64,000 nt of DNA from Eledone cirrhosa (Eukaryota). The notes under the pieces were generated by a model. The model did no database searches, was not told where the DNA came from, and saw nothing but the letters and a program-made list of their open reading frames with translations. The first letter of the stretch is position 1. Every line of letters starts with the position of its first letter. The stretch lies in NCBI GenBank assembly GCA_964016885.1, contig OZ024749.1:5146001-5210000 (forward strand), given 5' to 3'. Positions 36,982-52,840 of the stretch are shown one piece after another. Made by a program: the position numbers and the translations under genes.

Positions 36982-37400
36982 TACATGAGAGCGTCGTGTG
37001 GGCAGAATCCTGAAACACTCCTTCCCACGGATCCTGTCAAAAGCAACCGTCTCCAGCTCATTCAAATGGATCTCTTGCTCGGGGGTGACCCATGGTCTCA
37101 TACCCATTAGTTTTGCCCGTAAAATCTGTCCAGCGATTCTTTCCTGAGACATTCAAACCACATGCCCATAGTATCGGAGCTGTAATCTCTTAATTCGGAG
37201 AAGTAGTGTCTCTATCTGGAGCAACTCTCTGATATCTCCGCTACTCATCTATCGAGTACCGTTACCCTGAGGATCTTTCAGGGGAACTCCATTCCTGCCG
37301 CTTGTATTCGCAATTGTATTCTTTGGGTCATTACCCAAGATTCATGACCTTAGGTAAGGGTTGGCCGAATACCGAATTGAAGATAGTGAGTTTGGCTTTT
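36982..37400 (-). mobile_element. Degenerate RTE-like LINE 3' fragment
   Basis: Minus frame RLQLRYYGHVV*MSQERIAGQILRAKLMGMRP resembles an RTE C-terminus. Confidence 0.55.
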
Positions 37401-37435
<35 letters not shown>

Positions 37436-37468
37436 CCCACACACACATGCACACACGCGCAAAGCACG

Positions 37469-37514
<46 letters not shown>

Positions 37515-37882
37515 TGTAAATATTTAATATAGAAATAGCTTCTACAGGACTAGAACTTTGTCATACTTTCTTTCTGATGATTTCTCCCGAATGAAAGTTT
37601 TAGTCCCGTAGAACCCATTTCTATATTTCTTATATACAATTATATATATAGGGAGTGCAACTTGAAGTTACTGTAGGTTCACCCGCGTGAGCACTCGATG
37701 TGTAGGTTCACTTATGTGTCAAGGTGTAGAGCTATACAGAATGTGTTATATTGTAGTGTATATATATATGACTCCAGTTCCTCAGTGAATTAACAACCCA
37801 ACAAGGAACTGGGCATATCAGAGTATTGGCAATATTATACACCTAAACAGCATATGTACTTGTCTATACCATACTAATTCAA

Positions 37883-37937
37883 ACTGCCTGAAGAGGTCAC
37901 AGCCAAAGATGGCTGTCACTGAAATATATATAGCAGT
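37883..37937 (+). ncRNA. Intact type I hammerhead ribozyme; predicted cleavage after 37932
   Basis: ACTGC-CTGAAGA-GGTCACAGCCA aaga TGGCTGTCACT-GAAA-TATATA-TA-GCAGT, then AATAAA. Confidence 0.85.
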
Positions 37938-38081
37938 AATAAACGAAGCTAAATTTTAATCATTTGACTTTTATTTAACTTTATTTTATATACACTATAT
38001 ATATATATATAGTTGATATGTTGATTTAATTCTTCACTGCTCGCAAGTGTTTTTAAGCTTCATATCAATATCATGTCTCCC

Positions 38082-38152
38082 TATTTTATCTGATGAGAAC
38101 GCAAATATCATCCCATGATGATATTTGTTTTTGAAATGCGCATAATAAAATA
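38082..38152 (+). ncRNA. Intact type I hammerhead ribozyme; predicted cleavage after 38144
   Basis: TATTTTAT-CTGATGA-long hairpin (GCAAATATCATC/GATGATATTTGT)-GAAA-TGCGCA-TA-ATAAAATA. Confidence 0.85.
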
Positions 38153-38187
38153 CGTGGAACTCTTTTAACCATCTTTTGATCTTATAT

Positions 38188-38219
<32 letters not shown>

Positions 38220-38325
38220 ATGTATATATATATATATAGATATATAAGATCAAAAGATGGTTAAAAGAGTTCCAGTTATTTTATTATGCGCATTTCAAAA
38301 ACATATATATATATATATAATGTGT

Positions 38326-38530
38326 GAAGGCGTGTAGCTGAATGGTTAGAGAATTGGATTCACAATGTTGAGGTTGTGAGTTCGATTCCTGGACCGGGCG
38401 ATGCGTTATGTCCTTGAGCAAGACACTTTATTTCACGTTGCTCCATCTACCTGGAGTTGCGACCGATAGATAGTACTCGCAACTGGAAAGCCCAACGGAA
38501 ACATTGTTTCCTCGGTCCGATTTGACGAAA
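38326..38530 (+). mobile_element. SINE family 2 (related copy at 39180-39380)
   Basis: tRNA head gagttcgattcc, core tccttgagcaagacactt. Confidence 0.8.
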
Positions 38531-38550
38531 GTCGATCGATCCTTAATATA

Positions 38551-38735
38551 TAATTGTTTCTACTTTAGGCACAAGGCCAGCAATTACCCAGTGCATTACT
38601 GGTACTTTATTTTATCGACCCCGTAAGGATGAAAGGCAAAGTCAACCTCGGCGGGATTTGAACTCAGATCGTAAAGGGACGTAACTATGCTCGAAAGCAT
38701 GGCGTCCGACCCTCTACCGATACTGCCAATCCACC
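38551..38735 (-). mobile_element. SINE family 1
   Basis: Full-length, consensus-like copy. Confidence 0.9.
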
Positions 38736-40355
38736 GAATGTAGGTCCTATAGCTCATTTCATTGGAGGATTCAAGTGACTTATCAGTTTGTTTTTTATCT
38801 ATGAAATGAGATTGAGTCTACAGTTTTGGAAAGAGTTACTGAGAATGGGCCACCATCACACTTCTCGTGCTGCGTCTGGTTCTGCATTACAAACCGGTTA
38901 AATTTCATCTGACCTCCTTTTTTTTTGTTTAAGTTATGTTCCGAACCACAACTTGATAATCGGAAAGATACGCATATTTTCAAATCCCTCCAAATACTTA
39001 GTTTCAGAAGTATTTGAAAATAGTAGGCAGTGTCATTCGTTGGAGATATGGTTACAGCAAAGTTAGGGAAGTAGGGTATGGCACGAGGAGTAACCGGCTA
39101 CTCTTTCTGATAGAACTACCGGTTCCTTATCAGCTTTGTTGGCTGACCTGTTACCTTTTTCACTGATCCATTAGAGGTCAGGGCACGTGGCTTAATGAGT
39201 AGATAACTGGATTCGCAATCGTGAGATTGCGAGTTCGATTCTCGGACCGAGCGATGCTTTATGTTCTTGAACAAGACACTTCATTCCACGTTGCTATTTA
39301 TGCATGGAGCTGCGCACGGTAAATAATGTCAACAAAGTTGAAACCACCGGAAACACTGTTTCCTTGGTCGGGTTTGACGAGTTCTACTTGAATCGGTAAA
39401 TGAAGTCTGAAATCTTGATCGATTGATTCGATGTATCGATTAAAAGTAGCAACGTAATAATATAATGATAATCTACCGTATTTGCCCAGTATATTTAGGA
39501 CCCTCAATATTTGAGCTTCATAATGTATTTAATAACAAGTGTTATGAATAATTAAATTATCTAAGGCCATTATTACGTAATATTCACCTTCATATACAAT
39601 ATTTTTCAGGAGTTATAACAAACTATATATATTTTTGCTCAAGGCTAAATAGACTTAATGTTTACATTGATTTACACGATAATTGACACTGTTTGATTGT
39701 GAGTGTCGTCGGCTTAATTCTATGTATATTGGAAAGTTAGCAGAGCGGGATGACTTATGCCGGATATGGCAGAATATATATAAACATGTATTCACAACCG
39801 TATTAAGTCCGGATATGGAATGATATATAATTACAGAATAAAGTCTTCATTTGCAATCGTTTCTTTGAATAGGTATGTTTATGGGTGATTTCAAACTGTT
39901 TTTTTTTCTTTTTGTTTCGTTTGTTTGACTTTTTTTTTGTCTTTTTTTTTAAATATTGAATAGATTCAAAGTGGGCGGCAATAATTTAAATAGGTGTGAA
40001 AACAGCATTTTAAAAATCTATGTCTCACTTTCTCTATCTTCCCTCTCACCCCCCTCTCTCTATCTCTCTCTCTCTATCATTTCTCTCTCTCTCTCTCTAT
40101 CCTTTCTCTCTCTCTCTCTCTCTCTCTATGTACACTTATAATGATTTATGTATGCATTTATATATTTAAATATACATACACACGCACACGCGATACACGT
40201 ACACACATATACATATGTGTATATATGTGTGTGCGCGTTTATATACACATATATAACTTTATATATACATGCGTATGAGTATGTATATACACATGAGTAT
40301 GCGCGATATAACTGTATAAAAATTGCCTCCTCTATTTGGTTTGTTTCATTTATTA

Positions 40356-40410
<55 letters not shown>

Positions 40411-40412
<2 letters not shown>

Positions 40413-40608
40413 GGAAAATGTTCAAGACCCCGACGGCAGAGCTGAAGCCGTTTCGACGTCTATATCTGGAGTCTAGAAATAACCGTCGAAACGGCTTCAG
40501 CTCTGCCGTCGGGGTCTTGAACATGTTCCTATTACCCACTCTACTACCCTAATTATTGAGTACTCTGGTCCGTTTTGGTCCACCTGGTTCCTTACCACAC
40601 TTCCTTTG

Positions 40609-40610
<2 letters not shown>
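40411..40610 (+). mobile_element. Short element with a ~47-bp near-perfect fold-back, between (AT)n tracts
   Basis: Arms 40411-40458 and 40484-40531; related copies at 50641-50750 and 58178-58320. Confidence 0.75.
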
Positions 40611-40643
<33 letters not shown>

Positions 40644-40996
40644 TACATACACTCACAGAGAGAGATAGTGAGACGCTCACGTATATTTATAAACACACAG
40701 CTGTAGATATGATTATAGAATGTATTCGTCATACCAGATGAAAGAATGGTATTTAACTAATGTATTGGAATTTTATCTACGAACTCAGTACAAAATGTCA
40801 GTTGGAATCAAATATCTTTCCGACATATTATCACAAAATCAGACCACCATAACACACATAAATATCTCAATAATGTTCTTATTCAAAAATGATACCCATG
40901 TGTCTTAAAGATACTTACCTCAAGTTAGGGTCCCCAACGCACGATTTTCTTCGTATTAAGAATATGATTAAACATTGAAAATTGAATATATAATAT

Positions 40997-41323
40997 AATT
41001 GTTTCTACTTTTGGCAAAAGGCGATCAATAAACCAGTACATTACTGGTACTTTATTTTATCGACCTCTGTATGGATGAAAGGCAAAGTTAACCTCGGTGG
41101 GATTTGAACTCGGACCATAAAGGGCTTTAAATAATTGTTTCTACTTTTTGGCACAAGGCCAGCAATTAACCAGTACATTACTGGTACTTTATTTTATCGA
41201 CATCTGTATGGATGAAAGGCAAAGTTATCCTCGGCGGGATTTGAACTCGGATCATAAAGGGACGTAACTCTATGCTTCAAAGCATGGTGTCCGACTCTCT
41301 ACCGTTACTGCCAATCCACCGCC
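40997..41323 (-). mobile_element. SINE family 1, partial plus full tandem
   Basis: Two cores in tandem. Confidence 0.88.
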
Positions 41324-41617
41324 ACCGATATAATATAATGGTGGTGGAATATTTAGTATTCAAATTTAATGGTGTAATAAAAATTAACTAAAATATATAT
41401 GCAGTGAAAGTTACTATGGCGTTGCAGTATTTATTTTAATCCTATTAGCATATAAATCATCATATTATTTAACCATAAAGGAAGTGTCTGTGTCTATTAT
41501 TCATTTACCCAATACGTGCATATATAAATATGTAACGCTTATCGATCAAAGATTAACTATATATATATATATGTGTGTGTGTGTGTATGTATTTATCTAT
41601 TTATGTATTTATTTAGA

Positions 41618-41664
<47 letters not shown>

Positions 41665-42007
41665 GTATTTATTTAGATATTTATATATATATATATATAT
41701 ATATTTATTTATATATATTTATTCAAATTCATATATAAATATATATATATATTTATTCTTTTTATATATATATTTATATATATTTATTCATATTTATATA
41801 TATATTTATATATATTTATTCAAATTTATATATAAATATATATATATTTATTCTTTTTATATATATATTTATATATATTTATTCATAGTTATATATATAT
41901 TTATATATATTCATTTTTTTATATATAGATTTATATATATATTCATTTTTTTATATATATATTTACATATATTTATTCATATTTATATATATATTTATTC
42001 ACATTTA

Positions 42008-42410
42008 TACGAGGGCAATCCCAAAAGTAAGGTCTCCAAAGAGGATGGGGACGCAGAGAAACTGTTCGTACGGCTGTTGGCAACACTTTTGTGATTGGTG
42101 CTTCCTTCACTCCCAAACAAGCATGCGCGCGCATCGCTGGGATGCTCAGTCTTGGCCTGTAAGCCGTTGAGAATGGAGCTCCTGTTGAAAGCTACTGCCA
42201 AGTGCGAAGTTCGCGCAGTTAATCGGTTTTTGAAATAACAGTCGTTGAACCGATTGAAATTCATCGCCAATTGACGGAAGTGTATGGACAGTCGTACATG
42301 GATATCAAAATCGTTCGCAAGTGGTGTAGAGAGTTTACAGCCGGTCGTACTGAAATTCACGACGAACAAAGGAGCGGGAGACCGTCAATTTGCGACGATA
42401 CAGTCGCAAT
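42008..42410 (+). mobile_element. Mariner transposon 5' fragment
   Basis: TA-CGAGGG...AAAAGT terminus; EIHRQLTEVYG...VRKWCREFTAGRTEIHDEQRSGRPS N-terminal HTH region with frameshift. Confidence 0.88.
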
Positions 42411-42602
42411 TTTTCCGTTAAAATCCTGTCGATGGTGCTTCGGGAAACCTCAGGAACCAAAATGCAGAGAGTATCCAGAGTGATCCGCTGATGTTTACGC
42501 ATGTTTTCCTCAACCTTTGCGACAATCTCGTCGGAAATTGACGATCTCCCGCTCCTTTGTCCGTCGTGAATTTCAGTAAGACCGGCTGTAAACTCTCTAC
42601 AC

Positions 42603-42900
42603 CAGTGCTTCTCAAATTATCTGATGTGGCGGACGGGCATTTTGTTTTCAATGTGCCACGTACAGCTAGTATTTCGTAGTAATATTAATTCATACCGGAA
42701 ACGATATATATAATGAATAGTTGACCATTTTGTTTATCTTCTATTTATTTTGTAAACAAATACAATATCAAAACATATAAAAAAGTAATAAAAAAAATAC
42801 CTCAAATGATTCCTTAGCATGGCCTGGACACTGGCCGCCTACCGGTAGCTGATGGCTCGCGTACCGGCACCGGTCAGCGGACCACCACTTGCGAACGTAC
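42603..42900. mobile_element. Possible hAT-type MITE
   Basis: Begins CAGTGCTTCTCAAA; GC-rich subterminal cggacc motifs; right end degenerate. Confidence 0.5.
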
Positions 42901-43151
42901 TCAATATATAAAGAAAGAAGCTATGTGTATATACACAATACTTTCCTGGTGACTCAGTGTAAGCTTCACTATGATCTCCACAACAGAAATGGCGGATTGA
43001 TATATAGTAGAGCAACTTCATTGTTTCCTGCTTGTCGGTCGCTTTTATTGGCTTGTTTCCAACTGTGTTTTATTGTAGTATTGTTGGTGTTTCACCTTCT
43101 TACGTTTGCCAGTTTATTAGTTTAGTCGTTTTCATTGCTACGCTTCCCCGT

Positions 43152-44730
<1,579 letters not shown>

Positions 44731-44748
44731 TTTATTAAAATAACAGAT

Positions 44749-44802
44749 TAAAGTTTAAGCAAAGAATCGCTGCTTTCACCCTTAACGGGGTCTTCTGAAA
44801 CT
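44749..44802 (-). ncRNA. Type I hammerhead motif with CAGAAGA core
   Basis: AGTTT-CAGAAGA-cCCC gttaa GGGt-GAAA-GCAGCGATTCTTTGC-TT-AAACT; homolog of 23792. Confidence 0.6.
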
Positions 44803-45077
44803 AACAAAGTCAATCTGTAAACGCAAATGTGGATATTTCAAAAAACGTTGCAACCGGAGGAAGACAGGAAGACGATACTTTGGTTCGTTTAAACGTTCGC
44901 TGGCAAAGAACGGAAAAAACGAATAATACCTCATTAATAGGAGCGGTGAAAAACAATTACGCGCAAAGACAGAACCACGTTTATGGTATAAAAGAGGTCG
45001 TAGACTAATGTTCTCTTAGGTGGTGCATAGAGACGTTCTCTGGCAATGAACGAATAAAACGAAGATAATACGTCACT

Positions 45078-45734
45078 GTATATATATGTATATGTATGTA
45101 TATGTTTATATATGTATGTATATGTATATATATATATGTATGTATATGTATATATATGTGTATATATTTATATATGTATATATATATGTATATATATGTA
45201 TATATATATATATATATATGTATATGTTTATATATGTATGTATATGTATATATGTATGTATATGTATATATGTATGTATATGTATATATGTATGTATATG
45301 TATGTATATGTATATACATGTATATATATGTATATGTATATATATGTGTATATATATGTATATATATGTATATATATGTATATATATGAATATGTATATA
45401 TATATGAATATGTATATGTATATATATATATGTATATGAATATGTATATATATATATGTATATATATATGTATATATGTATATGTATATATATATGTATA
45501 TATATATGTATGTATATATATATATATGTATGTATATATATATGTATGTATATATATATGTATGTATATATATATGTATGTATATATATATGTATGTATA
45601 TATATATGTATGTATATATATATGTATATATATATATGTATATATATATATATGTATATATATATGTATATATATATATATGTATATATATATGTATATA
45701 TATATGTATATATATATATATGTATATATATATG

Positions 45735-45765
<31 letters not shown>

Positions 45766-46109
45766 GTATATATATATGTATATATATATATATGTATATA
45801 TATATGTATATATATATGTATATATATATGTATATATATGTATATGTATATATATATGTATATGTATATATATATGTATGTATATATATATGTATATATA
45901 TATGTATATATATGTATATGTATATATATATGTATATGTATATATATATGTATATATATATATATGTATATATATGTATATGTATATATATATGTATGTA
46001 TATGTATATAGATATGTATATGTATATATATATGTATATATATATATATGTATATATATGTATATGTATATATATATGTATGTATATGTATATTTATATA
46101 TATATGTAT

Positions 46110-46140
<31 letters not shown>

Positions 46141-46415
46141 TATGTATATATATATATGCATATATATGTATATGTATATATATGTATGTATATGTATATA
46201 TATGTATCTATATGAATATGTATATATATATGAATATGTATATGTATATATATATATGTATCTGAATATGTATATATATATATGTATATGTATATATATA
46301 TGTATATATGTATATGTATATATATATGTATATATATATGTATATATATATATGTATATATATGTATATATATATATGTATATATATGTATATATATATG
46401 TATGTATATGTATAT

Positions 46416-46446
<31 letters not shown>

Positions 46447-47640
46447 TATGTATATATATATGTATATATATGTATATGTATGTATATGTATATATATGTA
46501 TGTATATGTATATATATGTATGTATATGTATATATATGTATATATATGTATGTATATGTATATATATGTATATGTATGTATATGTATATATATGTATATG
46601 TATGTATATGTATATATATGTATATGTATATATATGTATGTATATGTATATATATGTATGTTTATGTATATATATGTATGTATATGTATATATATGTATA
46701 TGTATGTATATGTATATATATGTATATATATGTATATGTATATATATATGTATGTATATGTATATATATGTATATATATATGTATATGTATATATATGTA
46801 TATATATGTATATGTATATATATGTATATGTATATATATGTATATGTATATATATGTATATGTATATATATGTATATATATGTATATATATGTATATGTA
46901 TATATATGTATATGTATATATATGTATATGTATATATATGTATATGTATATATATGTATATATATGTATATATATGTATATATATGTATATGTATATATA
47001 TGTATATGTATATATATGTATATGTATATATATATGTATATGTATATATATGTATATGTATATATATGTATATGTATATATATGTATATATATGTATATA
47101 TATGTATATATATGTATATCTATATATATGTATATATATGTATATGTATATATATGTATATCTATATATATGTATATATATGTATATGTATATATATGTA
47201 TATCTATATATATGTATATATATGTATATGTATATATATGTATATGTATATATATGTATATATATGTATATGTATATATATGTATATATATGTATATATA
47301 TGTATATATATGTATATATATGTATATGTATATATATGTATATATATGTATATGTATATATATGTATATATATGTATATGTATATATATGTATATATATG
47401 TATATGTATATATATGTATATATATGTATATGTATATATATGTATATATATGCATATGTATATATATGTATATATATGTATACGTATATATATGTATATG
47501 TATACGTATATATATGTATATGTATATGTATATATATGTATATATATATGTATATATATGTATATATATGTATGTATATATATGTATATATATGTATGTA
47601 TATATATGTATATATATGTATGTATATATATGTATATATG

Positions 47641-47685
<45 letters not shown>

Positions 47686-47845
47686 GTAGTATATGTATAT
47701 ATATGTATTCATATGTATATATATGTATATATATATATATATATGTGTATGTATATATATGTAGTATATGTATATATATGTATTCATATGTATATATATG
47801 TATATATATATATGTGTATGTATGTATATGTATATATATATATAT
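45078..47845. repeat. (AT)n/(TATG)n array
   Basis: Direct inspection. Confidence 0.97.
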
Positions 47846-48030
47846 CCAACACCAAAGCCCAAGTAATTACACCACCTGATGGGATGACAGAATTCTTTAG
47901 AATACTGACCGGAGTGGCTCCCTATCTTTTTATCATCGTAGTGGACTATTGTATGCGCCTTGCCTGAGGAAAAACAAGGACTCTAGCTTTACCCTAGCAC
48001 CGGCTCAGGGCAGCTAAGTTAAGGCGAAAA
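47846..48030 (+). mobile_element. RTE-type RT internal fragment
   Basis: [37 protein letters not shown], with the QG motif deleted. Confidence 0.7.
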
Positions 48031-48591
48031 AAAATATATATATATAAAGGTTTACATATATATATATATATAAAGTCATAAATATACATGTGTTTTGCAA
48101 CGGGTCACTTTGTGGCTCAATGAAGAATTAATAAATTAAATAATCAGAGCTATATATATTAAAACATGTCTATAGAATCGCGATCACTTTGGAAAATTAA
48201 TTGTCTAAATTTGAGCTAACTTCCTGAAGAATCCGAATATATATAAACCTTTAATACTATTCTTAATTCCTTTTCTTTAATCATAAACATCAACTTCCAT
48301 AAACCTCATTAATTTTTAATTTCAAAATCTTTTTAAATTATCTATTATCTTCCAACGGTTTTTTAATTTATCTCTGTGAAACAATGTTTTCTCTCTCTCT
48401 ATCCCTCATTTCACCTCCTCTCTCATCCTTCCACTTCATCCCACTTCATCCTTTATCTTCTTTCTTCCTTACCATTTCCTACCCCCGCTTTTTTTTCCCA
48501 ATCTCATATATCCATCTTACTTTATTTTTCATATGTTGATTTAAAACTTCACTGCTCACAAGTGTTTTTTAAGCTTAATATCATGTTTCCA

Positions 48592-48662
48592 TATTTTATC
48601 CGATGAGAACGCAAATATCATCCCATGATGATACTTGTTTTTGAAATGCACATAATGAAATA
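48592..48662 (+). ncRNA. Decayed copy of the 38082 hammerhead
   Basis: Same flanks; CCGATGA core, TGCACA stem III. Confidence 0.6.
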
Positions 48663-49583
48663 CTTGGAACTCTTTTAACCATCTTTTGATCTTATATATA
48701 TATTTATATATACACGCGCCGCACGCACAAATACACACACACACATATATATATATCGGGTTGTCCATATGAAATTTGTAGAAATTTGTTTTTTACTTAT
48801 AAATTTCTACAAATTTCATAGTTGACGAACCTCTCTCTCTCTCTCTCTCTCTCTCTCTATTTATTTATATATCGTTTCGTTTTGGCCAATACAACAGTCA
48901 AATTCTCTTTCCTTGTAACAAAAGAAAATATTATCTACATAAAATATAAATATAAAACCGAACGCATTGCAGTTTATATGGAGTCAAATATTGCTACCAT
49001 CTCCCATCAATAATAAAATATCTTGTCAACAACCGGAGAATGACCCCAATATTCAGAGAAGCTCCGGCTTTCTACGATAAACTGGCAATGTTCGTCGGGT
49101 TTGGTGGAAAATTTGAATGCACGCCCGAAGTCAGTATAAACCAAATTGAATAAAGAAACATAAAATGGTTCCTGGTTTGTGCTTGCGATAAATAGCTATA
49201 TGCTATCAATCTTTTCGTGAACGGATAATTGTTACCTTATAAATCAATAGAAATGAAACGAGTTAGAAGATATCCTCAAATTTACGATTTCTTAGTAGTC
49301 AAACGTTCAAATTGGAATATTTAGATAATTATGTATTACTAGAATATTTTTCAACACACTGACGCATAGTGACACAGACACACTTACAAAAATACACTCT
49401 CATAGACATACATGCCAGACGCTGTTTTCTGTAGTTTGTCATCACCCCTTCCTTCCTCAGTCATCTCTAGTGCATGACATCTTCACCTCTACCTTCCTCA
49501 ATTAGTGTGTAGCGTACGGGCGGATATCGCTTAAATTTATCTATAGATTCAAATATGATATATCTTAATATATATATTAACTA

Positions 49584-49774
49584 TAATTGTTTCTACTATT
49601 GGAACAAGGCCAGCAATTACCCAGTACATTACTGGTACTTTATTTTATCGACCCCGTAAGGATGAAAGGCAAAGTTAACCTCGGCGGGATTTGAACTCAG
49701 AATGGCAAGGGCCGTAACTCTATGCGTCAAAGCATGGCGTCCGACCCTCTACCGATACTGCCAATTCACCGCCC
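49584..49774 (-). mobile_element. SINE family 1
   Basis: Full-length copy. Confidence 0.9.
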
Positions 49775-50277
49775 TTCATATATCAACTATAATATTGTCC
49801 TACTATGTATATATTTAACATTTGTTTTTACTTATTTATATTTAGGATCGATCTAATCAACTTTGCCCTTCAAATCAAATTGCTGGTCTTGTGCCAAAAC
49901 TAGAGACAAATATTTCGGTGTGGGGGTAAAATTCTAAGTATATCATCATTTAAGTTTCAGTTTATTTAAATAGTACTATGTTGTAGGTAATACATGAATT
50001 AATTAATTCACCCCATTCTCAGCGAAATCAAACTTATCGGAAACGTTAATCAAACTAAAAATATGAGAGAAATTAGCCAATCAACTGTGGCACGTCAGTA
50101 AGAGGTCGATAAGCAACAAAAGATTTGTGGAACATGGTCTTGTTATAGTTAATTTATACACCCTTCCATAGCATTGAGTACTATTATTAGCATCACGGCC
50201 AGGTGCACACAAGGTTACGGAATTTATTGCATAAACCAAACCCTCCAACTCTCTCTCTCTCTCTCTCTCCATCTCTC

Positions 50278-50617
50278 TAGGGCGGGTAAAATTCCCGAGA
50301 TCTATGGACGAGTTCTCTCCAGCCGTCTCTGTCCCTCATTATCACTGCCATGTCCTGAATCTCCAACAGACCAGTGTCTGTCCTTAGAGCATTAACATAC
50401 GTGAACCTTGGTCTTCCTCTTCCAGTTTGTCCATGTAGAGGCTCCCACGGGAGCACTGAGTGCAATGTCAACTCTGGATGTCGGTGTGCATGTCCAGCTA
50501 ACCTCAGTCTCCTCTGTGTCAATTTTGAGCTGACTTTTGGGATGCTCCCATACAGCTCTGAGTTTTTCATCCTCAGTGTATACTGATTAATGTTCAGAGC
50601 CATCCTCAGCATTCTCG
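50278..50617 (-). mobile_element. RTE-type LINE 3' fragment with (AG)n tail
   Basis: TRMLRMALNI...QRRLRLAGHAHRHPE...GRGRPRFTY...DRDGWRELV. Confidence 0.85.
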
Positions 50618-50769
50618 TATATATATATATATATATATATATAACGAAGGAAGTGTGGTAAGGAACAAGGTGGACCATAACGCACCAGTATAACAGCCCA
50701 AACATAGCCGTCAGAACGGCTTGATCTCTGCTGTCGGGGTCTTGAACATTTTATATATATATATATACT

Positions 50770-52840
50770 TCGTTTTTTGAATTTGTTTTGCGAGATTTCT
50801 TGTCTGAAAACGTGTGTTAGAACAGATATTGTTATACTTTGGGAGGTGATGGAGCCAATAAAAACAGCCGCAGCTGGTGGTTATTCACTTGAATTTATCA
50901 TAAATTTTCGGATGGTTGGTTCGATAACCAGAAAGTTGTTTATATATTGTCAAAGCTCTTTCGTCACACATTCTGTGACCTCCTGAGTAACTCGTTTTTT
51001 TTTGTGTCTCTCGTTTGTTATGTCCTACAACATCTTTTTTTTTAGCGTTGTGTGTTTAGTTTCCGCATGTGTTTCATCTGGATGTGTGCGTTCTTTTATT
51101 CATTTATTTATGTGTTTATTTACTTGTCACTAGTTGGTTGTTTGTACTATATGTTCGTGTCTGATTTGTTTTGTTTGTTTGGTTTTGCGTGTGTCTGTAT
51201 GTCTTAATTTTGTCCTTAATTACTAGTTGTGATGTTGCTATTCCACTCATGTTTTCTGTTTAATTTGGGTTGGAGTTTGTTTATATTTGTTGCCTCTGGT
51301 ATTTATTGCTCTCATACCATGAGTTTAGTATATATGCCTTATTCGTAATCCTTTCTATTCTGTTCCAAAATTTGCTCTACATGGGGAAAGTCCCATTTGA
51401 ATGATTTCTACGGCATTTGCCCATGTGGTTCTAGCCCTTTTATATACCCTGATCTTGTCTCTCTGATTGTAGCCAGAGAACTGCATGCGATGGATGAAGT
51501 GTTGTCTCTCTCTAATTCGTTGGGGTTCCACATGGGGTTCCTCATCACTCTTACTAAGTCCGCAATCGGTATGTTGATTTTTATGTGATCTGAAACAGCT
51601 GAGTTTTGGTGATCAGGTACCTGGAGGCCATGGGTTTGGCATAATGCGAATGGAGGATTTGCGTTCTATTACTAATAGTTTCCAACCAGAGCCATTTGTG
51701 TAGTACGGGTAATAATTGGTTGGGGTGTTTATTTGGGTAGGCTATTGTAACTTTAAGGCACTGGTGGATGGAGTTAGCTATTTGCTGGATGCTTTCTATG
51801 GTCTTCTTCTGTAATTCCTGACTCTTCTCCTGTAGGGGGTGTTTTTACTACGATATTTATGTCATCTACGTAGCGGGAGTACATAGTCAGGGCTGGTTAT
51901 ACAAATATCGTCTAATTGTTCCTTAAGTCTTCTGTCCTACCATACCATAAATAGGTTAGCTATGTCAGCTGCAATGCTAACGCCAATGGCCACCCCCTTC
52001 TTTTGGCTATATGTTTTGCCTTTAAACTTGTACATATGTTCCTTAAGGGTTAGTTTTATACTGGCCCCCACCTCATGTGCAGATTGTCCCCCACCCCCAG
52101 TGGCTGGGTCTCTATTCTATTCCATGTCTTGCAATGGTGTTCTAGAATATTTTTAAGTTTAGTTCTCGCTGTTATAAATTGTGGCTAGGAATAAGAATAT
52201 AACATACATAGGTGAAACAGCCCGTAGTATAGGAGAAAGGATAAGTGAAAACTGGCAAGAACTCCAGGATTGGACAAACACATAAGTACTCCACCAACAT
52301 GCCAAAACAGTACAGGTGTACATTAGAGAACATAGAGATAAAAATGATATCCACACACAGAAAAGATGCAAATATAAACGAACTCCAACCAAAATTAAAC
52401 AGAAATCATGACTGGATAGCAACATCACAACTAGGAAAAAAGACAAAATGAAGACATAGAGACACACAAAAACCAAATTAACAAAGCAAATGAGACACAC
52501 ACAAATAGAACAAACAACCAACTAGTGAACGAAATGGTGGCAAATAAATAAATAATTAAATAAATAAATGAATAAAACACACACCGATATAACGCATGCA
52601 CAAACTAAGCACACAGCACACAGAAACAAGATGGTGTAGGGAAGAATAAAGCAGAGACACAAAATATAAACCCAATCACTGAGGAGGTCATATATCTGTG
52701 TCGAAAGGGATTTGACAATATATAAACAACCATCCGGTTATCGAAACAACCAACCAACCGCAAATTTATAATAAACTGATGTGAAAACTAAGAGCTGCGT
52801 GTGATTTTATTGGCAACAGGACCCTCTCAAAGTATAACAA
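50770..52840. mobile_element. Penelope-like element remnant in inverted arrangement (RT plus 3' end on minus; GIY-YIG plus 3' end on plus)
   Basis: Minus: YKFKGKTYSQKKGVAIGVSIA...YSRYVDDINIV, HYAKPMAS; plus from about 52190: TYIGETARSIGER; decayed HHRs at 50949-50991(-) and 52675-52716(+). Confidence 0.82.

Noticed and set aside
36503-37152. Protamine-like or poly-Glu ORFs
   Set aside because: Arise from the (TTC)n tract
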